Positions 1 to 13,600 of a stretch of DNA of 64,000 nucleotides are shown here, one piece after another. The notes below the pieces were generated by a model. That model saw nothing but the letters and a program-made list of their open reading frames with translations, did no database searches and was not told the DNA's origin. A program made the position numbers and the translations under genes. The stretch is from Octopus bimaculoides. Its lineage: Eukaryota. The number at the start of each line of letters is the position of its first letter. Within the stretch, counting starts at the first letter, position 1. Location: assembly GCF_001194135.2 (NCBI RefSeq), contig NC_068982.1:61560867-61624866 (forward strand). Reading direction: 5' to 3'.

Positions 1-343
1 GAATTTTCTTCGAGCCGAATAGCCCATCCCGCTCAAAAGGTCCCTGAATAAGAGTTGTTTAAGGATGTTGAACAAAACACCAATGTTTCCAGAGGTGAAT
101 TATTTAAACCCCAAAGAATTCCTCTCAACACATAACTATGATGTTCCCCCACTACTTCTGCTCATGCTCAGAGATGGACAAAGACAGCCACCAAGGGACA
201 TGCTTAACTGCTTAAGATCAAACAACTGACCAGCAAATCTGTGGTATTAAGCAGAATATTTGCTGTAGCCCATCTTTTATACCAAGACAAAACATGTACA
301 TGAAAACACTTCCAATCACTTAGGATCAGAAGCCATTAGAGCC
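1..343 (-). mobile_element. Octopus SINE-like interspersed repeat, cut by the window edge
   Basis: Resembles an abundant octopus interspersed repeat that I recognise; family not assigned. Confidence 0.5.
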
Positions 344-1912
344 TGGTATTATTATTGATTTTATTTTCGTTTACGATTCTGTTCACAAACAAGTACATAG
401 TTTTATTCATTAATGTTAAAAAAAAACTCTTAGCATTATTTCCTACAAATATTTTATTATTTCACATTTTAGATTTTATACTCTGTGTGTACTGATGTAA
501 ATAAAACAATAACTTTTAATTTACATCCATGAAGTGAATTGAGATTAATGTGAAAAGATTCAGAGAAGGTGTAAATTTATTACCAACTTTACTTTTGGTA
601 TTACTGAATAATGAATGGATGTTTTTAAAGATGAAGCACAACTGCTGCAAGTTTTAGATGCTAAGCTATTGACCATTTAGCCATCAGCTTGAATCAAGGC
701 ATCTAACTCTCTTCTGCTTTACCTGATTTAACAAAAAACAAATTCCTTTCTTACATCATAGTTGATTGCTTAGTCAAGCTTGGACGAATGGGTGGAACAT
801 AGTAACTAAATCTGATATTATTTTTCAGTAAACATTGCTTTTTCAAAAGCATGAAACTGAAGTTCTCCACAATACTGTGTTTTGGATAATTTGAGTTATT
901 AGTTCAAAGAGAAGGAAGAGTAGCAGTATGGGGTAATATGCTGCAGCACCATGTCACTGCATCCACTATTTGTTGGTGATTTTCTTCTGGTGAATGACAC
1001 CACTGCATCTCATAACCCATGGGTTTGTTTGGGTAGTCATTGCTGGTGTTGGTTTTACAAGGTCAGAGTACATATCCTGACTCAACCTCGTTTAGTCACC
1101 GTTTGCAACACACAAGGAAAAGTTGGGTCTATTCTTTGTCATGCTGATCCCCCACATTGTTTTATTTTAATTTGCCACATAAATGTTTTGTTGAATTTTA
1201 TGCAGAGAAATTTGTAGAATTTTGTATAAGATTTATAGCTATTTGAGTGTTCATTTTTACAATTGTTTATGGATCTACTTTATTAGTTAATAGAGATAAG
1301 CTTAGCTAGGAAAGTCTGAAAATATTGATCTTTAGTCTTTGTTCTCAGACAAAATTATGACAAAAGTTATTTCAGGACTAAGGAAATGAGATAAATGTTG
1401 GTGCTGTTTAATTTGTATGTAATTAATTTCAGCTATATTCAGTTAGGTTGCAGAATTCATTTTAATGATAAAAAATGATACAAACTAAGAAGCCAACCAT
1501 GGATAATTTTGTTGTTGGATATAATCTTCTATGCATAGATTAGCTCTTAAAGGCATCCATAAGTGACAGTCTTTTTATGAGAGTGATGATGATCAAAGAA
1601 CTTAGTATTGACTTTTTATATACACTAATAAACACATCAGAATCAGGGCCAACTGTTTTGCTTATAGGAACAAATAGAAGAGCATAGGTTTATCTGCAAT
1701 ACTTCAACAATTCTTGTCACTCACATGTCGTCTTTCAAGACCCACCAAAGCACATCTTTTTAGCAGATGATTGCTTTGAGGATTTATATATATATATGAG
1801 ATTGATGCTTCAAATGGAGACCCATAAGTGAATTATTAGTTACCATTTAGTTATTGTGTAATTTTTGTTATTTTGTACATTATAAAATCATTCCCATTCT
1901 ATCAAACTATAG

Positions 1913-2087
1913 CTTAACATGATGTATGAGCTAATTCTAGCTCAGAAGAAAGCCAAGGAAGCAGCAGTGATGGCAGAGGCAGCTGGTATTGCTCTAAATC
2001 CTATATACGAATATGATTCAGATGAGGATGTAGAAGGTGGTACCTGGGAGCATAAAAAAAGAATGGCTGAAATGAATGCTACCAGAG
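1913..2087 (+). CDS. SUGP1: SUGP1 exon (LNMMYEL...EMNATR)
   Basis: tatag|CTT acceptor, AGAG|gtaag donor; 175 nt. Confidence 0.95.
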
Positions 2088-3622
2088 GTAAGAACAGACT
2101 TTTATATTATATGTGTGTTGCTGAGAAATAATATATGGTTTTGCTGAGGATTTAGGCATGGATGTGTAGTAAGAAGCTAGTTTAAGGTGCCACTGCGTGG
2201 CACCTTAAACAAGTGGCTTTTGCTATAGCCTCGGGCTTGTGAAAGAATTTGGTTGACAGAAACTGAAAGAAGCCCATTGTATATATACATATATCTATGT
2301 GTGCATGTCTTTGTGTCTATATTTGCCCTCAACTGCCACTTAGCTGGTGTTGGTGTGTTTATGTCCCTATAACTTAGTGGTTCAGCAAAAGAGACTGATA
2401 GAATAAGTACCAGGCTTAACAAAAAGAATTACTAGAATCAATCTATTCAGTTAAAACTTCATGGCAGTCTAATTACTGAAATGAGTAAAAGATTAAAGAA
2501 ATTTTCCAGGTTTAATTGATGATGTTAAAAAGTTTAGTGATTTTTAGTAACTTTTACTCAACATAACTTACAATTCTCAGATTTTTACTTCTAGAGCTAA
2601 AAATTAAATTTATTGATTGGTATCTGCGATTGTTACACTTAAATAGCATTGGTTTGGACATTAGAAAGTCTTATTTTACTTTCATCTCTGTGGTGTAGCT
2701 TTGTGGTAAGAAGTTTGTTTCCTAACCACTTGGTTACAGTTTCAGTCCCACTGTGTGGCTCCTTGGGCAAGTGTCTTCTATAGCCACAGGCAACCAAAGC
2801 CTTGTGAGTTGATTTGGTAGACAGAAACTGATAAAAGCCTGTCACACACACACACACACACAAATATATGTGTGTTTATTTTTATGGTTGCCTCCACCAC
2901 TGCTGCTTGACAACCAGTGTTGGTTTGTTTATGTTCCCATAACTTAATGGTTAAGCAAAAGAGACGGATAAGTACTCAGGTCAATTTGCTTATCCTTTAT
3001 GGCCACACTCCAATGACTGAAACAAGTAAAAGATAAAAAATGTCGATACCAACACTTAAAATTGTCTTCAGTGAATTAAGAATGTTCCTTTTCATTGTGC
3101 AATTATATTTCCCTTTTCAGAGTGGGCCGAACAGTTGACAGAAATGAACAAGGGCAAACATTTTATTGGTGATTTTTTGCCTCCAGATGAATTAGAAAAA
3201 TTTATGGAAACATACAATGTAAGTAATATATATTTTGGAAATTTACATACTCATTGTCAGAGATGATTATTTAGTTTGATGATTAATTAACTATAATATT
3301 GTAAACTTGTGTGTGAGGGAGAGAGAGAGAGTTGGATCTGAAATTTAGCTTATTCCATTTACATTTGTGAAAAATTTCAGTACCAGTCACATGGTTTTAC
3401 ATAGGAGTATATATGTCTTTTATATGTCATTAGACTGCAGCTATGCAGTGGTACTGCCTTGAATTTTTAGTTGAATAAATCAATCCCAGTACTTATTATT
3501 TTTTTCTAAAGCTGGTACTTCTTTTATGGGTCACTTTGCCAAACTGCTGAGTTACAGAGATGTAAACACACCAACACTGGTTATCAAACAGTGGTGGAGG
3601 ACAAACACAGACACAAGGACAC

Positions 3623-3672
<50 letters not shown>

Positions 3673-5939
3673 TATATATATATATCAAGTAGTAAAACAT
3701 AGTACTTGCTATATGGTTGGAGTAGTTACAACTGTTGATATTGGCAGTTAGCCAAAAAAGCTGGTTGAATAAAACTGATTCAAAAATGTAGTTCTGTTTA
3801 CCTTGCTCATGATTAAGTATATATATATATATATATTATGCTAGAAGAGTATAGTGTTTTACTTTGTTAAACATACTTAAACTGCTGTTTGTTCAGTCAA
3901 TAGGTTGGAAATAGTAAACCAATATGTATTTGCTTGTGTAACCCAACATAAAAAAATGTAGTAGCTACATGTTATGAATAACAAAATGATTGAACTTTTT
4001 TCAATTAAGTCTCAATTTGCTTATAAGTCGAGATATTACTAATAATCCATTTTCTATGCTAGCATGGGTTGGATAGTTTGACAGGAGCTGGCAAGCCAGC
4101 GGACTGCACCAGGCTTTAATGTCTGTTTTGGCATGGTTTTTATGGCTGGATGCCCTTCTGAATGCCAACCACTTTGCAGAGTAGACCGGGTGCTTTTTAC
4201 ATGGCACCAGTACTGTATTAAAACATCAACACTGCAGAAATATAATGGTAGTCTAAATGTATGAGACGTGTTAATACCCGATTTCATCCTCTTTACTATG
4301 TCATTATTAAGTCTTTTGCTCAACTTTTTAGTACTTAAATTCATTTACTATTGTTTATAGGCACTAAAAGAAGGACGAGAGCCTGATCTTTCTGACTACA
4401 AAGAATTTAAGCTGACCTGCGAAAATATTGGTTACCAGATGTTGCAACGTCTAGGCTGGCAAGAAGGAGAAGGCCTAGGATCTGAAAGCCAGGGTATAAA
4501 AACTCCAGTTAATAAGTATGTGTTTTCAATCTTAATTCTCCATTAGTTTCCATAATTATTTTCACAGTTTTAGTTCAATGTCGATGACATTCATAATATA
4601 TATTTTCACTGCAAAAAGAAACAAAATAGTTACTGAGATTCTAGGATACTGAATCTCAAATGTAGACATTGAATTATTTTCATACTCCATCATTCAGTCT
4701 AAACTTTCTTTGTTCTGCTGCCAAATGAGAGCAAAGTAAGGCCAAAAGTAATCAAGTTATCTAAAGCTCTGAAGGAAAAAGTAAATGAGTTAGATGTGGT
4801 TTTGGAATTGTTAATAAACTAGAATTTTCTTGAAAGGTTACTTGAGTTACTGAATTTCAGTGTGATGCTAAGAAATGTTTTGTGAGGCAATTTGTTGGTT
4901 TTATATGTCATAAGAAATAGATTTTAATTTGATGACATGATGGGTGTTGCTATTGGCAGAAATGTTTGCCATTCATCAGGAATTGAAGCTATAGTAAAGA
5001 ATTGACCATGATTGTTTCATCAGTTTAGAAGTGGATAGCTAGCTGTGGCATGAAGTTCCAAATAGATACTAATGAAGGGCAACACATACAAGTCTCTTCT
5101 TACACTCATTTTCCCATGCTTGCATGGACTTAAAATAAATGATATTCCCTTTCCATTACAAAAAAGTCTTTTGTGTTTAAAAGATAAATGATACATGAAT
5201 CATTTATAGTTTTTCTTTTGCTAGCAAGAATTGAAATATCTACTTGCAATTTCTTCATAAGATATAAAGTGTAATATGCCTATATTTTAAAGGATATAAG
5301 AAGATAAAATTTATTTTGATTGCAGAGGTATTCAGTCAGTTGATGGTGGTGGATTTGGAGTTGAGCGGCCTGCAAATCTTACAAAAGATGATGATGAATA
5401 TGAAGCCTTTAGAAAACGAATGATGCTTGCCTACAGATTCCGACCTAATCCATTGGTGAGTTCATATGTATCTTCCTGTCTTTATTCCATTACAGCAATA
5501 CATTACACTGGGAAAATAGTTGATTAGTATCTTACATTTTGTTATGTGCATATGATAGAAGGTAGTATTCGATAAAATATCCTATGTATGACCTAACATG
5601 GGTAGTTTGAGTGAGAAAAATAATTGTGTGTATGCATATATAATCTCACGCAAAATGGAGACAAGTACCAACACTTCCATGTGGTAGTCTTGAACAATCG
5701 GGGAGATCTCTTCACATGAAACCATTGGTTTACCTTGTTAATCCACAAATAAAGAATATTTATCTACCAATGTTGAGCACTCATTGTCACTGTTCAGTAT
5801 TAGTGTATAATGTATTTAAAGGAGTAAATGTTACTGGTCATTTTATACATAATGTAAAGTTTGTAGCTTCCTTTTTTTTCCTAATCTAATCAACTGGTTT
5901 ATTATTTTACAGAACAATCCACGCCGGCCATATTACTGA
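1913..5939 (+). CDS. SUGP1: SURP and G-patch domain-containing protein 1, 3' part: join(1913..2087,3121..3218,4361..4515,5326..5455,5913..5939); upstream exons lie outside the window
   Basis: All introns are GT-AG and phases are consistent (1,0,2,0). The translation LNMMYEL...[111 protein letters not shown]...[31 protein letters not shown] matches the SUGP1/SF4 C-terminus that I recognise, including the G-patch. Confidence 0.97.
2154..2500 (+). mobile_element. tRNA-derived CORE-like SINE with internal (TA)n
   Basis: Head ...gtgtagtaagaagc, core gtggcacctt..caagtg, tail gactgaaatgagtaaaaga; same family as the copies at 2690, 23093, 37340, 45871, 48905 and 63165. Confidence 0.85.
2690..3038 (+). 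mobile_element. Same SINE family
   Basis: gtggtaagaagtttg...ttcagtcccactgtgtggctccttgggcaagtgtc...gactgaaacaagtaaaaga. Confidence 0.85.
3121..3218 (+). CDS. SUGP1: SUGP1 exon (EWAEQL...FMETYN)
   Basis: ttttcag|AG acceptor, AAT|gtaagt donor; 98 nt. Confidence 0.96.
3432..3620 (-). mobile_element. 3' half of the same SINE family
   Basis: Reverse complement of the ttgacaacc..gtgtttac..cagcagtttggcaaagtga..agtac tail. Confidence 0.75.
4065..4212 (-). mobile_element. SINE/RTE shared 3' tail repeat
   Basis: catgggttgga...gctggatgcccttc..aatgccaaccact motif; also at 6920, 24290-24495 (opposite strand), 33890, 58811 and 61941. Confidence 0.8.
4361..4515 (+). CDS. SUGP1: SUGP1 G-patch exon
   Basis: tttatag|GCA acceptor, AA|gtatgt donor; encodes [19 protein letters not shown]. 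Confidence 0.97.
5326..5455 (+). CDS. SUGP1: SUGP1 penultimate exon
   Basis: tgcag|A acceptor, TTG|gtgagt donor; encodes [23 protein letters not shown]. Confidence 0.97.
5913..5939 (+). CDS. SUGP1: SUGP1 last coding exon (NNPRRPYY*)
   Basis: tttacag|AAC acceptor; TGA at 5937-5939; U-rich 3' UTR follows. Confidence 0.96.
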   Translation, partial: NNPRRPYY

Positions 5940-7939
5940 CGAAAGTGAAAAAGTTAAAACAGAAAACTTCATTTGAAAAAAAAAACATTCATCAGAGAAT
6001 ATTATTTTCATGTCCAAAATCTAACAACTATTATATTATCAATCTGTTGTTGGCTATCTTGTGAAAATGCACAATATATCATCATATCTGCTCTATATTC
6101 TGATTTCTCTTTAGTCTTTCTGGCAAAAAAGTATTCAATAAGAGCTATCTGGTTTTAAATTAACCCCCCCCCCTCCATATTATTGACTGCTGTTTGTAAA
6201 ATAAGTGACATTATTCTTGTCTTCAAGACAAATTTCATTATCTTTTTGAATCTTTCAGTCAATAAGAAACATTTCAGCTTGTCATAGTCAGCTTAGTGAA
6301 AATTGAAGAGATGTTCAACTTTTTTCTCTTGGGTTGTGATGTTCTGCTCTATAATTATAATTTTTATGTATCTCCAGAAAGTCAAGTTAAAGCAGCATGG
6401 AAAGTTTGCCTGGTGTAGCTTCTATTAATTTAAATTGAACAAGCCACAAATTTATTGTGCATGTACTAACTTGAACTGTCACATTCCATTTTGTGTTAGT
6501 CAGGGGGTTTGTTTTTGTTTTTTTTAATCTTTCTTCCTTCTCCAAATGTTGCCTAACTCTTGCAAAATGTCAGGTGAAAGAAAGAAAGAAAAACCAAATC
6601 CCAAGATATTCCCTGTTTACTGTGATCATTAAAGCATTATTGAAGCAATATTGTTTGTTATTGTTTGATACATAATTCTTCAAGACAATATTTGGTTTTG
6701 ATTAAGTATGATAGTTATATATTTACACAACACACTGAGAATAGAGAGAACATAACGGAATATGTCTTGAATATGAGACATCTGTACTTATGTAAAGAAA
6801 GCTTAATCACATGAGTAAAAATGTATGTAAAATTATAGCAGCTCACCTATTCATTTTGTTATATTTTTCACAATACTTTTGAGATTTCCATCTATAATTA
6901 ATAGGGATAACTCATTTCTACCATGGGTTGACTAGTTCAACAGGATCTAATCGAGGACCACATCATGCTCCAGTTATGCCAAGATTTCTACAGCTGAATG
7001 GCCTTTCTCATGTCAACCATTTCATTTCACCAGGTAAAAGCACTAGCACAAGCGAGTTTACCATATGTAACTTGCAACACTAAATAGCCAAGTGGGAGTA
7101 GAGATGATGGCTTGGATACCTGGACTGTATAAGGGTAAAAGAGTGGTAATCTGGAGAGATGTGAAGGAAGATCAGAAATGGCAGTTAAAGAGAGATAGTT
7201 AAGGATAGGGGTACAGCTGAAAGAAGAACAGGTGGTAATGGAATGTTGTCAACAGAAGCGATTCAGGGGAGAAGGCAATACAAAGTGAATAACAGGATAA
7301 CGCAATAGCTAGGAGAGGGATAAGCGATGAAGTTAATTAAAAGTTGCAAGGGTGAGGAGAAAGAGAATCTTCTGATAGGGAGTGGAGATGAGGGAGTTCA
7401 TAGCAGATGAGACTTAAGTGACATGAGGGAGATGGAGCGATGGCTGGCAACATAAGAGATGAATAGTGAAAAATACAAAGGAGAGTCAAGAAGTGGTTTC
7501 AGGAGGGGAAAAGAATTATTGGTAGCATAGAAAGGGAAAGTAGTTCTGTCTCATTTAATTACAGGAAAATTCTGCAGTAGTTAGGATGAGGTGAGGTAGC
7601 ATCTTGAGTACCTTGCTTTGAACCTTATACTCCCCCACCCCACCGATATAAGCTTTCAGTCTATCTAATAATGTAAACAACTGGCACTTCAACTCTGAAT
7701 TTCTAACAATGCAATGAATCTTTGAGCTTCTACTGTCCTCCTTTTCAAGACTGGTTTGTGTTCTAGCTAGAAGTCTGAAGTCACTTATTGGCTTCAATTT
7801 CATAATTTGATTTACATATTTCTGAGTTCAGTGAATTTGAAAATCAGGAAACATACTTGTTTTAGCTTGTCTCATGAACTATCGTGCTGTGTTCCCAGTA
7901 TAGTGGGAATAGTCTAAATGTAATTTCTAACAGATTCTC

Positions 7940-8130
7940 ATTAACCCTTTAGCATTTAAAATCAGCCATATCCAACCCAGTTTTTCTTTGTTTTACATTC
8001 AAACAAGACAGATCTAACTTTTCACACCTACCCTACAATCTCATTCTAAAAATAATCACACCATCATTATCTCAAAGTCACAAGATAATGCATTATTAAT
8101 TCAAAACAAAGTGAATGAGCAACACACAGA
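7940..8130 (+). mobile_element. TTAA-type (piggyBac-like) MITE, left part
   Basis: Begins TTAACCCTTTAGCATTTAAA, a typical TTAA-CCC terminus; right end not seen. Confidence 0.6.
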
Positions 8131-10000
8131 AAAAGATAAAATACTAAAAATAGACAACTGATTACATTATAGATTTGTCGTCAGTGTTTATGACTGTGTT
8201 AATAAACATTCCTCTCCAAATAGTTAATAAGCTTACACTACAGCCACTCCAATCAGTTTCTTCTAGGATAAAATTAGCAAATTTTGAGGAGAGTATTAGT
8301 AAATACCACTGACCCCACTATCAACCTTGAAAGACTAGCTGAATTTGAACTTCAAATGTAACCCAAATATTGCATTTTTTCTAGTGTTCTAACAAGTTCT
8401 GCTAATTCACTACCCTTAGACTACTTTAATAATACAAATGTAATTAATATTTCACTGGCATTAACCTAAACTCTAGTAATACATGCCTAAGATTGTATGT
8501 AACCCAAGTCAGTAATAATAGCACCTAATTAAATGAAAAGAAATTACAACCTACATTGTGTCATCAACCTGGGCTTATATAAATCCCGAGTTCACAGGAA
8601 AAAAAGATAAGTTCTGGCAGGGTTTGATCACAAAAGTGATCAAAATTGCCAATCACCAAGATGTTAGTCTACCATGATGGTATGGGTTAGTTTGACCTGC
8701 CAATTCACAATACTTAGATCACTAATAATACTAACATTCATTAATTGGAAGATTCTACAGCTAGATGCACTTCTTAATGTCAAACAAGAGTCTACTAGGG
8801 ACAATTTGTGGAACCAGTACAAGCGAGCTTACTACATAACTTGAGAAATTAGTAAGTCTCCCTCAACCGAGTGGGAAAACAGGAGTCTCTTAATACTTCA
8901 GGTTATGAGATTAAAGAACAGAAATAGACTTGTTCCTGTAGAGGTGGGTGGATGAGAGTAATCTGGAATTGAGCTAGGAAGATAAGATCACCCCTTCAAG
9001 ATACAAGGGAAAGTGAAAGATGGCTGTGAACTAGGCCAGATGAGTGGTCAGTGGTAAATGCTGAGTTCAGAGAAGGGGAATGGTGATGAGATGGATGTCA
9101 AAAGAAGGGGTTAAGAAAAGGCGATGGTTAGCAGTAGAGAAAAAAAAACTATAGAAGATTGAGAGAAAGGTTGCAAGGGTGTATGGAACAGGTGAACATA
9201 AAGGTAGAGGTCAGATGTATGTAGCGATGCAACAACTTGCATTTTGTGAACATTCTGAAAAACTTTCCAAAAAGCAGAAGTGATTTGATAAAGAAAACAA
9301 ATTAGCTAGATCTGAGGTCTTTAAACTTAATATCCCCAACAGTAGAAGGCTTGGATGGTGACAGATTTAATATTACAGCATAATATCATGAATGGCCCTG
9401 CTTAAAATTTTAAATTGTAATGTTAAAGCCTTAGCTTTTGTACCTAAACCCTGACCAGCTGTGGAATTCCCAGCCTCAACTGCTAATTAATCTTGGGTTA
9501 CAAAATGCAATAAAGAAAATCAAAATGAGAGCTGATTGTGGAAGCATTGAAAATTCTAATCCCATTTTCACTAGTTTCTACATCCACTTTTCCATACCAG
9601 CATGAGCTAAATAAATATTGATCATTTACTTTACAGCCAAATAGTTTTCCTGTTGCCAGCCCTTACCTGTTTTTTCCACACATATCTTCAAAAGTCACTA
9701 TTTGTTTACCCAAATGTAAAAAGCATACATAGGAATTCTTCCAGTTTCCTTTGGTTGACCCAGGTCAAGAGACACTTGCCTAAGGTGCAATACAGACAGT
9801 CAAATGCCAAAAATCAAGTAGTTGGAAAGCAAACTTAACTGCACAAAACATCAAATTCATGAGTTGAATGTATAAAGTACATTGCCCACATTCTTGCCAC
9901 AATAACACAATTTGATAGAACATGAGTCATCAACTCTGCAGACTATTTTTAGCAGCCAGAACATAAGTCTTCAGGAATCTAATGAACTTTTTACGAGGCA

Positions 10001-10001
<1 letters not shown>

Positions 10002-10033
<32 letters not shown>
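10002..10033 (+). repeat. Poly(A) tract, 32 nt
   Basis: Read directly from the sequence. Confidence 0.95.
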
Positions 10034-10035
<2 letters not shown>

Positions 10036-10445
10036 AACTCCACCTGAAAATTCACGCACAATTAAGACTAAGTGTTCTATCTTATGAGGTTTGTGTTGTG
10101 AAAAGATTGAAGGCAACTGACCTATATAACAACTTTTAACATCTCCACAATTATCCCCAATAGAACTATCTTGCCTTTACTTCTGCTGGCTCTGATTCAT
10201 TTACAGAAATCATAGAAGAGATCATTCTCAGTGCAACATGCATCTCCACTGTCCACAATATCAATCCTTGCTATATATGCATCACCTCTACTGTCTGATT
10301 GCACTGATATAACCAAGTGATTTGTGATGTCAAGAGCCAGCAATTGTGTTGAACTCTCAAGCACACTCTGAAGGCAGGTTCTGTTCTGCAGCATAAGTCC
10401 TTTGCTTCAGCAAATTTGGAAAAGATGCTAAACCATTATGCGTGC

Positions 10446-10669
10446 TTAACCTATTAAGTCCCACTGTCTTATAAATAGGACAATAAATGAGAACATTAAA
10501 TAAAACATTGTTTGAGTGTCCTATTTACAAGACAGAATATTTCCATTTCTACTTGAAGTAAAGGAGTTTTAATAATTTTTTTTTTTCATTTTAAACTATT
10601 TTCAATCACCTGTAAAAATTTAAAAGTAATATTTAAAAATTTAAGTACTCTGGGACTTAATGGGGTTAA
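10446..10669. mobile_element. TTAA-flanked MITE
   Basis: TTAA-CCTATTAAGTCCCA ... TGGGACTTAATGGGG-TTAA; internal inverted repeat ctgtcttataaataggaca / tgtcctatttacaagacag. Confidence 0.7.
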
Positions 10670-13600
10670 TATGGTTGAATATTTTGTATACTAAATATGA
10701 ATGATAGATCCTTACATAACATTGTAGAAAGAACATTTTACTGAAGATCATAGCCATGAATTTGTTAGCTACCAATAATTTCTCTTTGCATTCACCTGAA
10801 GAGCACTCTCCAATCCAATATAAAACCTATAAACATTATAACATCAAGAAGTAAATCACTGCTGCTGGAACCCTCCCTCTACTGGACCTATTACCAATAG
10901 CTGCTATGGACCTAGATCGTTATTTTAAGAACTAGAAGAAAATCGCTCCACACCTGCAGGGTCATCTTGACTCCAGATTTATTCCTCAATTAGCAATTCA
11001 AATTGGAGATTTACAAAACTATACATATTCAATTACGTAGCTGCAAATTATGATAGATTTTCTACCAGCAAAACTGAATTTCAGGAGATAAAATATGCTT
11101 GATGTACATCATACATTTGATGTATATCTTCCCTGGGTACTTTTTCCACTCCTTATGCACCTTATAACTTTCTACACTTGAAACAAAGTTTCCCATTTTG
11201 TAACACGAGGTACCTTGAAAGAAACTGAAGCATTAAAATGAAGAATCAAACAAGCTTAAGACAAGTCAAATATTTCAATTTGAGTGATAGCAACACCAAT
11301 ATTGAAGCAAAAATGAATTTATTACAGAAACAAATTTTTAAAAAATATCTTTAGAATAATTTTCCTTTGATGTTTTCCTATTGAAAATGTTCCATCCAAA
11401 CAATTGTAGAAACAAGCCATTATACAGAATTTAAAAAAAACAAAAGTATGGTCTTATACAAGACCTGGATGAATAGGAAAGTTCCCAGTAGTAGAAAGTA
11501 AACTGAAACAACCTTCTTCAAAAGAGTCGTGCACATGCAATTTTATTTACCTGCAAGATGACTTGCAAAAATTCATGTACACATTGGCTAACTGAATAAA
11601 AATTTATATTTTTCAGAAATTGATGAATTCAATTACATCGTTCTAGTTTAGCTATATGGTGCACCTGATATATGCACAATCCAAACCAAGCATAATAGCC
11701 AACTCAGTCACACTTCATTTCACTGAAATTACCATCAATTTAGAGTAAATTTGAGACAAAAATTCAGATTTATCTAAAAACCTTTAATTGTATTCCAAAC
11801 AATATTCATTTATCAGAAAACAGAAAAAAGTTGTTTCATGAAACCAGTCAAGTTCCTAGTTATTTAGGAATTAAATTGAAAACACAGAGGATGTATTCTT
11901 AGTTGGAAATATAACAAAATTATAATCAGTTAAGAATATGGCAGTGAAGAACAATGATATATCAAAATTCTGCTATATACAAATAGCTAGTTTTAAAAAA
12001 CTAAATGAACCAGTGATAAATGATAATTATATTGAAGAAACTAATAAATTATCGACATATGTAAGAGCAACTATGGAAATCAGAGTCTTGTTCCTTTTGA
12101 GGCTCTATCTGGAAAGTTTTTACAATTATAAAACCAGTAAAATTGAAATGTAATGGCATATGTTATTTTCCCTTACCACTAACTGAATATCAAATTAGTA
12201 AATCTTTTAGAACAGATTTAAACATACTAAGAAAAAAAAAAAATTATTTGAATATTTTATTTAGATGAAATGACTAATGAGGAATCACAGTTGGACTGTT
12301 ATCACAGATTTCACTTTCAGAAAGACTATGGTTTTGTAATAATTTTGAGCACAAGGCATCAAAAATTGAGATCAAAGAGAAGAATCTCTAAGAATGAGCT
12401 ATAAAAACTCAATGTTTAAATGAGCATGTTTAAAATGGCATTTAAAATATATACGATTTGTAGAAATGTTAGTTATGAATATTTAAATGACAAATATTTG
12501 AAAAATGGCACAAAATATATGCTTTGTAAAAAGTGAATGAGTTTGTATGGATATAAAATAAATTTGTACAAATTCAGGATAGTTCATATAAAATTTCATT
12601 TTTCCACATTTGTAATTAGCGTTCACAACCTGGGGGGAAAAATACAAAGTAATACATTATACAATGAAGTCACAAAATGTGTGGAATTTCAAAATATCCA
12701 ATATTATATTAATATGCTAAGTAGCCATAAGGACCTTAATTTAATATAGCCAAAGTATAGAATTTAACTATTACACTTTAGGAGAATAATAAACTTACCA
12801 CATGCCTTTTAGAAAGTATAAGAATTCTCAATTCAGTCATCATACTGTAAACAAAGAAAGGCAAATTTATATCTATTATCTAACTGAAATTCTGACAAGA
12901 ATTCATGTTAAACCATTCAGGCAAAACAGGTAAATGTGTTTACACTATGTACAAAAGGTTCTAACAGAAAAACAGTGAAATTGACATCAGTGAGATTCGA
13001 ACTAATAGCAAGGAGGCCAGGAACAAATAATGCAAGATATCTCTATCCAATATTAACTGCCAATTTGCTACCCTAACATGAGACTAATATAAACTTTATA
13101 AGGAATAAGTAGAGCTGGAACAAATACCACAAAGCATTCTATCCAATGCTCATACATCCGTCGAGTAGAGTAGGAGACTGATCTTAGTGAAGTAATTGGG
13201 AAGGTGAAATATTTGTAAAATTTGTTCACAATCACATGGACAAGTGGTATCTTGGCATGTAGAGATATTTTTAAGGAGGATCTATTGGACTATCTTCTGA
13301 GCAAATGCATTTAATCATTAAGGAATAAGTAATCATGTAGAGTGCACAAAGCTGAGTGCATAGACTTCACTCAATGTCAAAACTTATTTATAAAACTTGC
13401 TGTAGTAGAAATACTCTTACAACTGAAATGAATAAAGAAAAGAACATGGAATAGAACTGTCATATCCTCTCATAATAGATCTAGGTCCAATTACAACAGC
13501 AAAGGGTAATTAAAATCAATTTTAATACTCACCCATCTCAAAACATGTACAAAAGCTGCAACTTAATTTTGCAGTCTCAAGGATCCATTATAAAAATCTG

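Noticed and set aside
951-1217. 88-aa plus-strand ORF as an upstream SUGP1 exon
   Set aside because: No SUGP1-like sequence in any frame I read and no suitable splice sites.
10197-10394. 65-aa minus-strand ORF (QLLALDIT...)
   Set aside because: No convincing splice context; faint resemblance to a LINE RT motif suggests a decayed repeat.
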